Shown here in pieces: positions 37,677 to 50,408 of a DNA stretch of 64,000 nt. The position numbers were made by a program, and so were the translations under genes. The stretch's first letter is position 1. Every line of letters starts with the position of its first letter. This DNA is from Selaginella moellendorffii (Eukaryota > Plantae > Lycopodiophyta), in NCBI RefSeq assembly GCF_000143415.4, contig NW_003314333.1, positions 633,207-697,206 on the forward strand. Direction: 5' to 3'. The notes beneath the pieces were generated by a model. That model ran no database searches and was not told the DNA's origin. It was given only the letters and a program-made list of their open reading frames with translations.

Positions 37677-39576
37677 TCAAGCACAGGTTCGTTCCTTGAT
37701 CGCCACCGAGTCCAGTGGCTGTGACAGCTTGAGAATGGTGTCGAAAACCTGCAGCGTTCCAAAGTGCTTGGGCACGCCGTGCCTGAACAGAAACTTGCGC
37801 TTGGCCTCGGGCTCCAGCGGGAAATGCTTGGCGTACATAAAAACGGCGGTGGAGAGAGCATGCCCCCATGCATACGAGGGCGTAGCCACCACAGCATGCC
37901 TCAGCTGCTGGAGCGCCTTCCACAGATTCTCATCCTGCGCCACAGCTTCTTCCGGTGGCTCGTAATCCTCGGGACGCATATGGACTAGCTTCTCGTATGC
38001 AGTTGGGCCTTCTTTCCTACAAAAAGCAATGCAATGCAAGACATTGATCTTCTAAGAGAAGACACAACATACGTACCACATATGGTTTAGTGTGTTGTGT
38101 CGCAACACAGTCTCTACTACAGACGGCCCGCGCTCCACCAGGAAACCACCATTGAGAGCCTGAACACGACATTAATAGCTGTTTCTACAGCTGCAGAGAA
38201 GTATAAAAGCCTACCTCTTCTTCGGCCGATGCAGCTCCTCGGGTACACAGCTCACCGTCTAGAAACGAGCAGGAAGCAAGTTACAGTCAGCGAGAAGCGA
38301 GCGGATCTAGCTTACACGTCAAGCTGTAGTCGTAGTAGATCGGGAGGTCGTAGCGGCCGAGCCAGAGGCGCGCGTGAGCGCTGGCATTGACAATCGTGTA
38401 GTAGTGCGGGAGTGTTGACTGTGGCGGCCGGTGCAACAGCAGCGAGCGTAGGAGCTGGTTGGACCGGATCCCGCGCAGCAGCAGCCTAGCCTCGCTCACA
38501 CGTAATGGAGAAGTTGTAACTTCAACGCATGGGTATGTTGCTGGTGGCACTCTGGGCAAGGCGTTCCTGTCACCTTCGAGTTTTGAGTAGTACTCTTCTA
38601 CCGTGTCTCGTTGCTCTGTGTGAATCCGCAAGTTCCATCCCAGGTTCTTCACTGGCAAGTAGAAAAAGTAGTCACTCTCCGTCAACTTGCAAACAAGGTC
38701 CAGGATGTTAGGAACATCATAAAGCCCGACGGCTAGAGTCACTGCTGATCCCTTCCCTGTTACTAAGTTACAAATAAATACGTTAGCACAGCACTCGGGT
38801 CAAAACTTACATACCGCCACCATGCAGCGGGCTGCCTCCTCCTTCCTGCCATCCTGGAAAAACAAGAATCATATAAGAAGAAAGAAGTCAAACCATGGTT
38901 ACCAAAGTAGAGGGGCTCCAGCGGGGGCCGCACAGGCTCGAGGGGGCGGTCCTCCATGACAAGTTCTCCTGGTCGATGAGGCACGCCGACGCGCACGCCT
39001 TTGCTGCCACAAAAGCGCTCCCAAAACATCTGCAGCGGCTTCCCAACCTCGTCATCTCCATCGCAAGCACCAAAGTCGTGGCCCAGCAGCTCCCCCGCAA
39101 ACTCCACCACAAGATCACACGCAACCTGAGAAGCCGGCGGAAGGGATCTTCGGAGCCCTTCACGCTCCTCGGGCCCGAGGCTTCCCAGGTAGAGGATTGA
39201 AACGAAGGAGAAGAGGGTGTGGTCGTTGGCAGGCGGATAGAAGCCTCTGCGATGTATTCACAGAGCGCTCGCGCCTCCAGCACGACGTCGGCGGCGGCTG
39301 GCTCAGTATCAAGCCTTGCAGCGAGGATCTGCGCGAGCTTCAACAAACTACTAATATTAACCCTACAGGGAAGATGGGATAGGGAGGCAATAGTTTATAG
39401 TGAGAGAGCAAAGAGAATATACTCTCTCCTCCACACATCATTGAGGAGATAAACATGGGAAATCTACATCTTAGCTTGCCCGAGGTTCTTCCAACTCTCA
39501 AAGACTTACCCTTGCAAGGATCCATGAATTTCATCGTCGAGGTTCTCGAGCAAGAAGAACAAGGCTGCAAGATCAC
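37677..39576 (-). CDS. Hypothetical multi-exon orphan gene, head-to-head with the RtcB gene
   Basis: GC-rich coding-like blocks (37677-38010, 38287-38760, 38890-39350) separated by AT-rich intron-like gaps. Exact structure unresolved and no family recognised. Confidence 0.4.
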
Positions 39577-39655
39577 CGACGTGTACTCGGTTTCTTAGGA
39601 CAAGACTGTCAACTATAAAATTTCTCTAGAACCCTAAAAAATGTAGGGGATTTCC

Positions 39656-41092
39656 ATGCCTGGAACGAGGATCACGCTCGCCAGGAACAGCCGGCAGACG
39701 GTAAGATCGGCAGTAGTTCTCGATCTGGATGCCAGCAATCCAGAAGAATCGATCAGATCGATCCTCGCGGCCGCCGAGAAGAAGCTCCGCATCAAGAAAC
39801 CCCAGCGCCTCTTCCTCGCTGCCGATGGCACAGAGATCGGGCCAGCGACGCTGTCCAGGGTCGCAAACGACGCGGTTGTGCTCGTATCGGCAGGGGAGGG
39901 ATTCGTCGGTGGAGGAAATCTTTCCTCCAAGGATGGTGATCAAGCTCCAGCGGCCGCAGTCTCAGTGGTCCACTCCTCGGAGAGATTTCTCGAGGATTTC
40001 GTGGAGCGGCTAGCAATCGATCAGCTAGAACAGGTCGCGAGGCTTCCGGGAGTGGTCAAGGCGGTGGGAATGCCCGACTTGCATCCATCGGATCACTATC
40101 CCATTGGGGCGGCCATCGAGTCGGAGGAATGCATCTATCCAGTGCTCATCGGTGGCGACGTTGGCTGTGGCATGGCCTTGTTCCAGACCACTCTCTCCAG
40201 CTCCACTCGTCCAAAGAGAATTTGCGACAAGCTCCAGGGGATCGAGGGACGCTGGAAGGATGGAAGCCTCTCGGAGTGGCTAGCCAAGAACGGTATCTCC
40301 GCGAGCTCCAGCACTCCTTTCGACGAGAGCCTGGGAACTATAGGTGGTGGCAATCACTTTGCCGAGATCCAGCAAGTGGAACGAGTTGAGGATCCGGTGA
40401 GCTTCTCGGCGCTGGGATTGCACGAAGACAAGCTTGTACTGCTCGTTCACAGCGGCTCCCGGGGACTTGGAAAGCACATCGCTCACTCGCAGCCCGTCCA
40501 GCTCCGCGAGAACACGCCAGAGTTTGATGCGTACATGCAGCAGCACAACTACGCTTGCAACTGGGCTCGAACCAACAGGGACTTGATCGCTCACCGGATC
40601 ATGACGTGCTTGAGCAGCGATCCCGACGCTAGCGCGAGCAAGGTGCTGGATATCTGGCACAACAACGTGACCAACAAGGAGATAGATTCGAGATCGGTGT
40701 GGCTGCACAGGAAAGGGGCTGCGCCGAGTGATCAAGGGGCAGTGGTCATTCCGGGGTCGAGGGGATCGTTCTCCTACTTGGTGATGCCGGTTGGCGACCA
40801 GCGAGAGAACTCTTTCTCGCTCGCTCACGGTGCCGGGCGGAGCTTGACGAGGGGAGTGGCGCTGACCAGGATGAAGAACAAGGCCTCGACCGTGAACGCT
40901 GCTGCCGCGGCGCTCCAGGAGACGCGATTGGGAGGCCGGGTGATTTGCGAGGATGTGAACTTGCTCTTCGAGGAGGCCCCGGAAGCGTACAAGGATGTGG
41001 ATGCTGTTGTGGGAGAGCTCGTTGGCTGCGGGATCATCAAAGTCGTGGCTGTTTACCGTCCGGTGGTAACTTACAAGAAGAGAAGCGAGTAG
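39656..41092 (+). CDS. rtcB: RtcB-family RNA ligase (RtcB2/release-factor-H-coupled type) with an N-terminal ubiquitin-fold-like extension, intronless
   Basis: 478-aa ORF with GMPDLHP, GGDVGCG, LGTIGGGNHFAEIQ, VHSGSRG, WHN, HRKGAAP, IPGSRG, AHGAGR and EEAPEAYK. The metal-binding and guanylylated residues appear intact. Confidence 0.92.
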   Translation: MPGTRITLARNSRQTVRSAVVLDLDASNPEESIRSILAAAEKKLRIKKPQRLFLAADGTEIGPATLSRVANDAVVLVSAGEGFVGGGNLSSKDGDQAPAAAVSVVHSSERFLEDFVERLAIDQLEQVARLPGVVKAVGMPDLHPSDHYPIGAAIESEECIYPVLIGGDVGCGMALFQTTLSSSTRPKRICDKLQGIEGRWKDGSLSEWLAKNGISASSSTPFDESLGTIGGGNHFAEIQQVERVEDPVSFSALGLHEDKLVLLVHSGSRGLGKHIAHSQPVQLRENTPEFDAYMQQHNYACNWARTNRDLIAHRIMTCLSSDPDASASKVLDIWHNNVTNKEIDSRSVWLHRKGAAPSDQGAVVIPGSRGSFSYLVMPVGDQRENSFSLAHGAGRSLTRGVALTRMKNKASTVNAAAAALQETRLGGRVICEDVNLLFEEAPEAYKDVDAVVGELVGCGIIKVVAVYRPVVTYKKRSE

Positions 41093-41252
41093 AACAAAGC
41101 TCAATTGAAACTTCTGTGGCTTCTCGATCTCTAGCACGGTCGATGATCTTGGTGATTTCTCTACGTTCTTTCACCGGTTCTATCCTTTGGAGGTAAACAT
41201 GATCCGGCCCTGACAAAAGGATAAAAACACAAGATCACGGAGTATCCACGAT

Positions 41253-41716
41253 GAGAAGAAAGTAGAAAAGTAAATGTAAGAAAACCCAGTCACAGTCACA
41301 TGCATGAGAAGATTGATCTGTGAAGAACTGTTCGTTTTTCCAAGCCTCACATAATATATCACACGTCCAGTCGACAATGACGAACCATTCCCTCTGTGTG
41401 TTTTCAAGTTAGAAAAAAACGAGAGAGAAAAAGCCATAGAAACCAACCGATCAAATTGTATTGCGCTCCATTTTCTAGACGAAAGATAGAAGCCAAGTGA
41501 ACGATCACATGGAAACGAAAATCTCTTTCTCGGACACTCGTTTACCTGGACAATCAGTGTGGCTTCCAAGACTTCTGGTGGTGAAGCCCATGTAGAAAGA
41601 AAGAAAACTGCGAGTGAGGAAACATTTGCGAAGAACCAAGAAAAAAGAACTAAAAAGAAAGAACTGCGAGTGAGGAAACTTTCGCGAAGAACCAATAAAA
41701 CAAGAACTGCGAGTGA
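41253..41716 (+). repeat. Dispersed direct repeat, copy 2 (copy 1 at 36673-37165)
   Basis: See copy 1. Confidence 0.85.
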
Positions 41717-41929
41717 GGACATGAGGGTCTATCCAGGAATATCCCATACGTCATGAAGGCTGTTGACAATGCTGTAGAGGACTGCACGAAATGTTGTTTG
41801 AGATCTGCTCAATATTGGCCCATAGCTATTAAGATTCGAGCACTTATATGTAAGAGAACTATTTACCTCGTTCAACTCTTTCTCTTCAATGCTCCCGATT
41901 TATGGCAGAGTTTCATGGTACTTTCAATG

Positions 41930-42685
41930 CCTCGTGTTTCTCCTCATGACTTAGGATTGGAGATGGAGTTTCCTATCAAGAACTCTTAAGACTATGAGCA
42001 ATTTAAAAGAAGAACTTACCTTAAGTAGCTTTTAGTGCCTCGAGCTTGTCTTTGTCCTCACCGGTCAGGAATTGTGGTAGAGTTTCCTGATGAAAACTCT
42101 AAGTCTCTAGGAGCACAAAAAACAAAAAAAATAAATTCTTGCCTTCAGTGCCTTGTCTTTCTTCTCAGAAGGATTGAAGGTGGAATTTCCTATAGAGAAC
42201 TCTAAGACTAAGAGCACAAAAAAGAAAAAAACTTACCTCGTGCCTAGTTGTTTTGAGTGCTTTTTCCTCACCCGTCCTTATGGCAAAGTTTCCTGATGAG
42301 AACTCCAAGTCTTTAAAAACACACACAAAAAAAGGAACTTACCTTCAGTGCCTCGTCTTTCTTGGGATTGGAGGTGGAATTTTCTATAGAGAACTATAAG
42401 ACTAAGAGCAGAAAAAGAAAACTTACCTCGTGCTGCCCCTCGTTGTTCCTCCCCCATGCCCATAGCTCGCCGGATCGCGAGAGCGCTAGGGAGTGGTAGT
42501 GGCCAAATCCCAAGCATTGAGGAGAAAAAGGAGGCACTGAAAGCAGCTGGGCACGAGGTATTTTGTTTCTTTTTCTGTGCTTGACTTTCAACAGGAAACT
42601 CTGCCACAATGCCCAACTGGTGAGGAGAAACACTGGATCCTATCGAGAACTCTAAGACCCAAGAGCACAAAAGAAAAACTTATTG
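41930..42685 (-). repeat. Degenerate tandem ~110-nt units, each with a splice donor/acceptor pair; includes an RCC1-repeat fragment
   Basis: Recurrent plus-strand TTTCCT...GAACTCTAAGAC..GAGCA(A-rich)ACTTACCT. At 42430-42515 the minus strand encodes CLGFGHYHSLALSRSGELWAWGRNNEGQH. Confidence 0.6.
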
Positions 42686-42963
42686 CTAGCTTGTTAACCT
42701 CGTTGACAATTCCTTTCTGTGCCTCCTCACTTAGAGCTGCCAAGAAGATCAACATTAATTTCCGTTGTGTAAATAGTTAGGTGTTAATTGTAATACATCT
42801 TGTGATTCTGGACTGTGGTATTGTTGCTGGAAACAAGAATGGTAAATCTTTGCAAACTGGCCAGAACGCCTTAAACCCTAGGTTGGCCTACCTTGCGGTT
42901 TGTTAAATAATAGTATTAATTCTGTGTTGTAAGCTATTCGAGAAGTTAGGTTATCTTGGCGCA

Positions 42964-45292
42964 ATGCAGGAGTTCCGGGATGCAAAGGCAGTTGTGGAAG
43001 CAGTTTTGAAGATGGGTGATTGCGGTTTGTCTCGTAGAGAGAAGCTCAGCTGGGATAGCGCAAGGGTTAAGGTCCTGGATTTGTTCGACAATGAGACAGC
43101 TGGTACCATCATTGACGCATTACTCCAGCTTACAGAGTCGACCCGATTGGACTATTTCCTCCCTGCCGATGCTGCGACCAAATCTGCTCTACTGTCACTC
43201 GGTACGTCAATTTGTGTTGATCCGGCATTACTTAGCGCTTGTTCTGCAGTTAGCAGGAAAAGGCGCAGAGTAGATCCATTTGGGGAGGTGAAAGCTCAAG
43301 CTTCTGCGCTGGCATTGTCTTTGGAAACGTCTTATCAAGAGATGACAGAAGAAAAGCTCGGGAGCATCGATACCCGGATAGATCTGCTGGCGCCGGACAT
43401 TCTTACAGAAGACGCGACCTCATTTTCATACATGGGACGGAAAACTACGGTGGACATACTGAAGTTTTTCCAAGCTGTGAAGAAGGGTCCGAGCGTGTAC
43501 AGCACGAACCCGAATCTTGCCATTCGGTTCATAACTGGGACCCCTGGGGCTGGAAAAACGTACAGCGTTGCAGCCGCAGCTGGTTACTTATATGCCAGCG
43601 AGCGAAGAAAAGCTACCGGCGCTGCTGCTGTTGCGTATATCAACGCCCGAGTGTTCATGGAAGATCCATCTTACAATTTATGGCGTGCGCTCATTCTAGC
43701 CTATGCTCGTGATGAAGCGGCTCTCAACGCGCTGAAATGTGTCGACTACGAAAGGCCGGACAGTCTGCTCCAATTTCTCAAAGAGCGAAAGAAGCTGCAA
43801 AAGGTTTACCTTTTATTCGACGATGGCAACTCGCTACATGACAAAGCTATATTCTCCGGCCAGATCAGATTTGCTGCTCGATCTTTTGTCGAGTCTCTTG
43901 CTCAGGTGTGCGTCGTCGTCTTCTGTGCATCCATAGAAAGCAAGCTGCGCAAAGAGCTTATAAAGGACGCTGCTCCGCCTCAACTTATCGTTTGCGGAGG
44001 GTATACGGTAAGTCCCTGTTTTGGAAAACTGGTTATTCACCGAGCTGTTTTGTTAGAGAAAAGAACTAGTTGCCTGCATTGGCATGTACCTCGAAACTAC
44101 GGACCAGCGTTTGATTGATGGAGAAATTGCTTATACTCTGCAAAGAACTGGTTCTGTGCCGCAACTGATTTATCATCACTATTTCGGCGAGGACGGTGAA
44201 CTGGATAGTGCTATCAGTCGGCTCAAGGATGAGATTGCGGACTTCATCCTGAACCGGAGCAGCTGGGAGGTTAGTGAACTTGCCAGAGCACTACGGGGGG
44301 AGCAGGTTGCTCGCTTGACGGTTGCGATGGATACCCGTGCCTTCTACAGGGGTCGAGATGGAAGAGGGAAGTGTTTAACTGGTGAACTCCGTTCGTATGC
44401 ATTTGGCTTAATTTCGGAGAAGGTGAAGGCGGAAAGTTTGGAGGAAGGGAAGGTTGAGGTTCGGAGGTGGCTCGGAATGATCATGAAGGACAACAACCTG
44501 GTGCGCATTGGCTGGAATGTGGAGGAGGCTACCATCTTGACGCTCAAGCTGCTGACCCCTTGTATAAGAGTGGACAACAATGACCTGAGCGAGAAAATTT
44601 TGATCAAGCCTGCAGGAGTGCGGACAGTCAAGGGGAAGTTTGGGATAGATGAGCTGAAAGATGTGGGCCTGTCACCTACACTTTTCCTTCCGAACTTCAA
44701 CCACATCGGAGCCGATGTTTTCTACTCCGATGAGGAGTGGTTAGTCGTCTTCCAGATTACCGTTGCTAACAATCCCGAGAAGCATCATAAGAGAACTCTA
44801 GAGGTTGCAGACGAGTTGTTTGCAGTGACACAAAGAAGGACGATGCTAGTTTGGGTGGTGTACACTCCTACAGAGACAGATACTTGGGTGGTTAAGGATT
44901 GGGAACACCCTCATGTTACTCAAGTTTTCATGTCTTTCGGTCAGCTGTCCAGCCATCTCAAGGATATCGATTCCGCACTTCGGGTGCTCAAGAGCAATCG
45001 CTACTCAAAGAAGCCGGCCGAGGACGTCTGTCCAGAGTGCAAGTGTGCTGAAACCTGCAGGGATGATAAGTGGATAAGCTGTACTTACTGTAACGTCTGG
45101 TTTCACTGGCTCTGCACCACTGCTACTGAGGAAACTTGGGAGTTGTGGTTGTGTGATAACTGCCGTGCTCCTGGTAAGTATCAAACCTGTCTCTTGCTCC
45201 TTCTGACGCCTCATTTTGCAGATGATGATCCCGATGTGGAATTGCCTCCACCAGTTCCGGATGCTGGTCGAAGGCGTGGAATCTCCTTCTAG
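42964..45292 (+). CDS. Crinkler/RHS-effector-like protein: P-loop NTPase + restriction-endonuclease-fold domain + C-terminal PHD finger
   Basis: Walker A GTPGAGKT, Walker B LLFDDG, GGYT..E / TGSVP, REase-like PNFNHIGADVF...VVFQITV, and PHD CPEC...WISCTYCNVWFHWLC...WLCDNC. Intron 44008-44056 joins the two ORFs in frame. A second in-frame intron lies at 45174-45221. Confidence 0.75.
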
Positions 45293-48200
45293 TCGTAGCT
45301 TCTTCCTGCTGTGCAAATGAGTTTAAATGTGCAAATCCGGGTTTGATTTGGCTACATCAAACGTTACGTCATTTATTTAAATAAAATCACCAGTAAAATA
45401 ACAAAGGTGTCTTATAACTTATGGTCGCACTCTTCCTTGGTATGAAGAACTGCAGTATGAATTCACATCTAATAGAGCAGGGGGTGGCCTGACAAATGAA
45501 TTGCTGGCCGGCACTGTAGTGCCAAGTGATTCAAAATATGGTCATTTTTTGGATCGGTGCAAAAGCATGGTTGAATTTTATAGCTATTGGCAGAAATGGA
45601 GGCGTCGACGTTTTCTCCTTCAAGGTCACAGCTCACAAGCACAAGCTCCTCGTCCACGTTGCTCGACCTCTCCATGCGAGACTTGGGGGCATGGCCCTGG
45701 AGATAGTGAGAAGAGGACTGTTGACACAAAGAAGCAATTCCCTGCACAAACAAAGAATGCGTAAACTTGGATATTCTCTGCATGTTCCCCACGTGAAATT
45801 GAATATTTCCTACATGTGAAATCGAATATTCCCACCTTAATCAAATATTAGATTTTTTAAGGATATTCCCCAGAATCTAATGGCCATTATGTAGGGATCA
45901 TGGTCATGTAAGGGGCCATTTACATGACCATCCATAACCATTCAACTAATTGTCTCAAATTATTTATAATTATAAGCTTTGAATTGTTTGCCTGATTTAT
46001 AATTCTAGTTGATTAAAGCTTTTGGGCATTGTTGCAACTTAGCAAGGGCTGAGGAGCTCAAATAGAGTGATTAACTTTATAGTTTTCAACCATGGATGCT
46101 GGGCTTTATAGGGTAGTAGATCTTGGAGGAAACAAAAGAAAAAGGAATATGTGTTATATCTAAGATTATATGACTTATAAAAGGTACAATTGTCTTCCAA
46201 TCTTGATAAATTCCCATTCTCCTTCCTCTAAGCATAGTATATAGTATGAAATTTTGGCCATTTTTACAAACAAAAGCAATAATTAAGTACTCAAGCATTT
46301 TGAAATCCCAAATAATTCCCCAGGAAATAATGGAATTCCATGAAATTTCATATACTGCTCTAAAATGAAATTTGGTTTAGTGAAGGATCAGGCCCAAAGG
46401 TGTGAATTGCTCCCAATCCCTCTTGTGTTTCACCCACCAGTTTGCCTAGTGTGCAAAAACCCTAGCCTAAGCGCACAGCCAAAGCTAAAGATGAAGAGGA
46501 AGATGTTACAACTGAGGATGAGTTTGGGGGGTTTGAGGAGTATAGTGATGTTATGTGAGGAGCAAAGTGCCATACTTGTGGAGCTTCAAGAGGTTGCTTG
46601 TTTAGAGAGCAATGCTTTCAAGCAAGTGGTTGGAATAAACTATCTTTTAGAGAACTTTAGTAGTGTATTATTAGGCATAGATGGTAGGTGATGGCAGTTG
46701 TAAGATGCCCACCAAAGGGAGAAAGCCAAGAACATCAAGAAAGAACTCGCGTGGATGAAAATGCGGACACCAATTCTTGACAATGCTCCATGGAGTACTC
46801 CACTTTTTTTAGGACAATAATATGCTTCTATCTTCATCTAGTGTTAGAAACCAATTTGCAAGGCATCCCCAACCAGTTGCAACTCCAAGAAAAACATGTG
46901 GTAGACCACAAGTGCCATACACTCTTCTATAGTATCATTATAATTACCACTGAGGTCCCTTAAAGCCGTTTCCAAAACTTGGTGGAGATGAGTGATCAGT
47001 AAGTTCTCCAATATCTCTTTCATCACTTTTTTTCATTTGTTATTTGGAGACCTATGGTGGGTTACAACATGTTCACTCCATCCTAAATCTGTGGGGCATA
47101 CAACTTCAAGTCCATCTTGAAAAGGCCACCTTATGATAGTCTTTTGTCGCATAGCTGGAATCTCCTCTATAGCCATTGCTAGTGTAGTTATATTATACAG
47201 TTGAGAGACTTGTGCTTGAGCTTCAAAACATTAGAACAATAGCTAGCCAACAAACATGTCCAATAAAAAAGTATAGTTAAAAGAATTTAATATATTCAAC
47301 TTGTAATTCGTATCTTTCTCTTGTTAGCTTTTTGTAAAGTCATTCAAGATAGGAGTTTCTTTGGATGCCAATATGAGGCACCTTTAGCATACACACAGAA
47401 AAAAGAACATTAAAAGATATGGTAAATAAACTTTAATCTTATTCACATTTCTTGGTACTTGCCATAATGTTTTATCTAGTGCATTTTGTCATAGACGTCC
47501 ACAATCAATGGTTTTTATCTCCCACACTATTGCCCTATCAACATCACATGCATACTTTATTTGAAATTTAGGAGTACAACAATTTAGTCTGAAAAGAGCC
47601 TCCAAGTACAAAAACTCATTATTTGCAAGATCTAACTTGAATTTTTTCCTATCCTCCTAGTATGGATGCAACATTGTGTGCTTCACCAAAAAATGTGAGA
47701 ATTGGCTATACTTTATTTTTGTAGCTTAGTCAAAGATGCTTGTATTTTAAAAACAAGCTCCATTATCCACTAAAAAATGATAACACTAAATCTTACCATC
47801 TTTCCAAGTACCAATGTCTTGTAATCCTTATAATAGTGTAGGCATTTGGATCATGTGAATTCACCACCACAGCATTGATACCTCCATCACAAAAAAGAGC
47901 TTTATAGTCAACCTCTATAAAACTTAATCAACCAGGAATGTATTACCACTCCTACCAATACGGCATTGCATTCCCAGATATAGAAAAGAACTCTCTATAA
48001 GCTATTTCAATTAGGGGGCTTCTACTACTATTTCCACCATGTCTGCTTTTCACTGCATGGGTTATAATTTGTAACAAGAGTAATAGAAAACTATCTTTAA
48101 TCATCTACTTGTACACACAAGTCAACACTTGACTCATAAACACTTGCTCCACTACCAAACACAAGCACATACCTACTAGTAGTGAGAGAACAATGCTACT

Positions 48201-50408
48201 AGTATATTTTCTTTTCTTTGTAGAATTTATCATTATATTGATGTTGTCATATTTTTCCTGCAAATGCATCTAGAAGTGTGGGATGCCATCTCTAGCACCA
48301 AGCAATGCTGCCAATCAAATTTTGTGAGAAGAAAATATTGGCTTGCTAGATATTTGACAACAACAATGTAATGAAGAGGTTGTTGTTCATGTCAATAAGG
48401 ACAATGTAGAAGATGAAGAAGAAAACTAGTATCTAAATGAAGAACTAGAAAAAATAAAAGACATACTAGAACTCCCACCATTTGTTCCAATGTTTAATTC
48501 AGGTAAAAAGTGTTGTTTTCTATTGCTTCCATCCTTGACACTTTTCCATAAATTGACTGCTTATGATATCTAACAATGAAGATGATTGAATGGAGGAAGA
48601 TTCATTACACTAGGTTTCAGTTCGTGATGGGAGTGACATGTAACCATTTGCATGTTTAATAGATCTCTTAGAGGTTGGAGATGTGTTTTATTGACATCTT
48701 TTTAACAATTGTGCATGCAGGTTTGAACATATGCAAGATTATTAGTCATGAGTGTGAGTAGTACACATGAGAAGTCTAGATAACCTCACAAATAAATATG
48801 AAATTCCAATTGTTGCAAGTAGAAGAGATTGGTGGTATCGAGCATGCAATAGGAGTGCTACTTTAAAATCCCAGGATGACAATATGATAGCTATGGTAAC
48901 ATAGTTGAATACCAAGGTCCTTGGGGCTTCAGAAAGCTCTCTCCAAACTTAAGAGTGTCGATATGCATAGATGTTCCTTGCATTTTGCGAAACCGCTTCA
49001 CAAAGGCACCAAGCAATGTATATTGATCTGCTAGTAAGTTGTGTAGAGGACATTAGAGCATGTCATGAATAGCATATTGTGATGTCCTTGGAACAAAAGC
49101 ATTTATCCAGTATATGCCATCCCATTCCAAGCACTTTGGTATGATCTCTATAATCTTTATACAAGGTTCCCTAAGCCAGCCATAGCTATGTTCATGCCAT
49201 GCAATTGAAATAGTGATGTACTTGGAGCATGGCATTGTTGTCAATGGCCAAGATACTCCTTCATCAGAAGAGCCTCCATAGGGGGCTTTGCCATGTTTCT
49301 TATTGCTTTGGGGTGCCAAAGACTAAAGGTTGATTGTTGCATGTTATTGAACACTAGCCACAATAGGTGATAGAGTTTGCATGGAGGTATTTTACCCATG
49401 AAAAACTTTAAAGAAATAAACCTTATTAATGGCTCAGGTGGCAATGCACAAGCAACCTTTCGATTAGTGATCCATCATCGGACCATCGCAAAATGTTAAG
49501 GACCCTGTCGAGAGAGTTTAGTGCTAGGGGCTTCTAGAAAATCTACTTGCTGAGCATTGTCTAGGTGCTAGCATGGCAAATGCATGAAGTTGGGACTAGG
49601 AAAAACAACCAAAGAGTGAGTATTGTGAACAAGAAAAACAAAAAGCTAACCACTCATATACATCCCTTTGGGTGTTAAAGCCAATTGTGTTGGTGTGTGC
49701 TCGGTGGTGTTGTGTGGCCTTGAAAAAGAAGATTTTCCAGGAGTATGTGAGCCAATGCATGTGTTGGCATTGCAGGATTTAAGCTACACAAGTTTTTTGC
49801 TGCTGTTGTTGCCTGCATTGATTGTGTTGGATGGTCATGAAGGCAAAACTCCAGCTAGAAGAAGGATGGGAATGGGATATAGGCCACATATAGGTGAGAG
49901 TGTTCTCTGTGATTGTTCTTTTAACTTGCTCATGTGTTATAGGTATGACAGGAACTAAATTGAGTAGAGGATTACTCATTAGATAGCCATAGAAGATTGA
50001 GCACCTATTGTGAATCCATAGAAGATCCCTTCTCTAGGTTTCCCCTCTTCTTGTCATTTTTAGCCCACGTGCCTAGAACAAAAGAAAAGTAATGAAGATG
50101 TATCTTGGATGGGATGAAGATTGCTTAAGCCTTACTATGTCATGATGCCACCCAGTCGATCACTAGAACACCTGCAAGAAATGGATGATGAAGCTTGTTG
50201 CCTTTGGAAGCGAGAGAACACAAAATTGGGGCAAAAATATAATCATGCCAATGTTAATAAATTGATATCTTGTGCTGTCCGCACCAAACCCTAAACAAGG
50301 GTGGCCCTAACCCTAAAAGAAAAATATCACAGATAGTTGAATATGAATTTTAAAAATATATTAAACTGAAATTAATGGTTCTCAATTAAAATATAATAAA
50401 AAGGGAGC

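Noticed and set aside
46640-49500. Possible KDZ-type transposase or 2OG-Fe(II) oxygenase remnants (e.g. SMHIDT)
   Set aside because: Only isolated residues match and the frames are too decayed to support a call without an HMM search.
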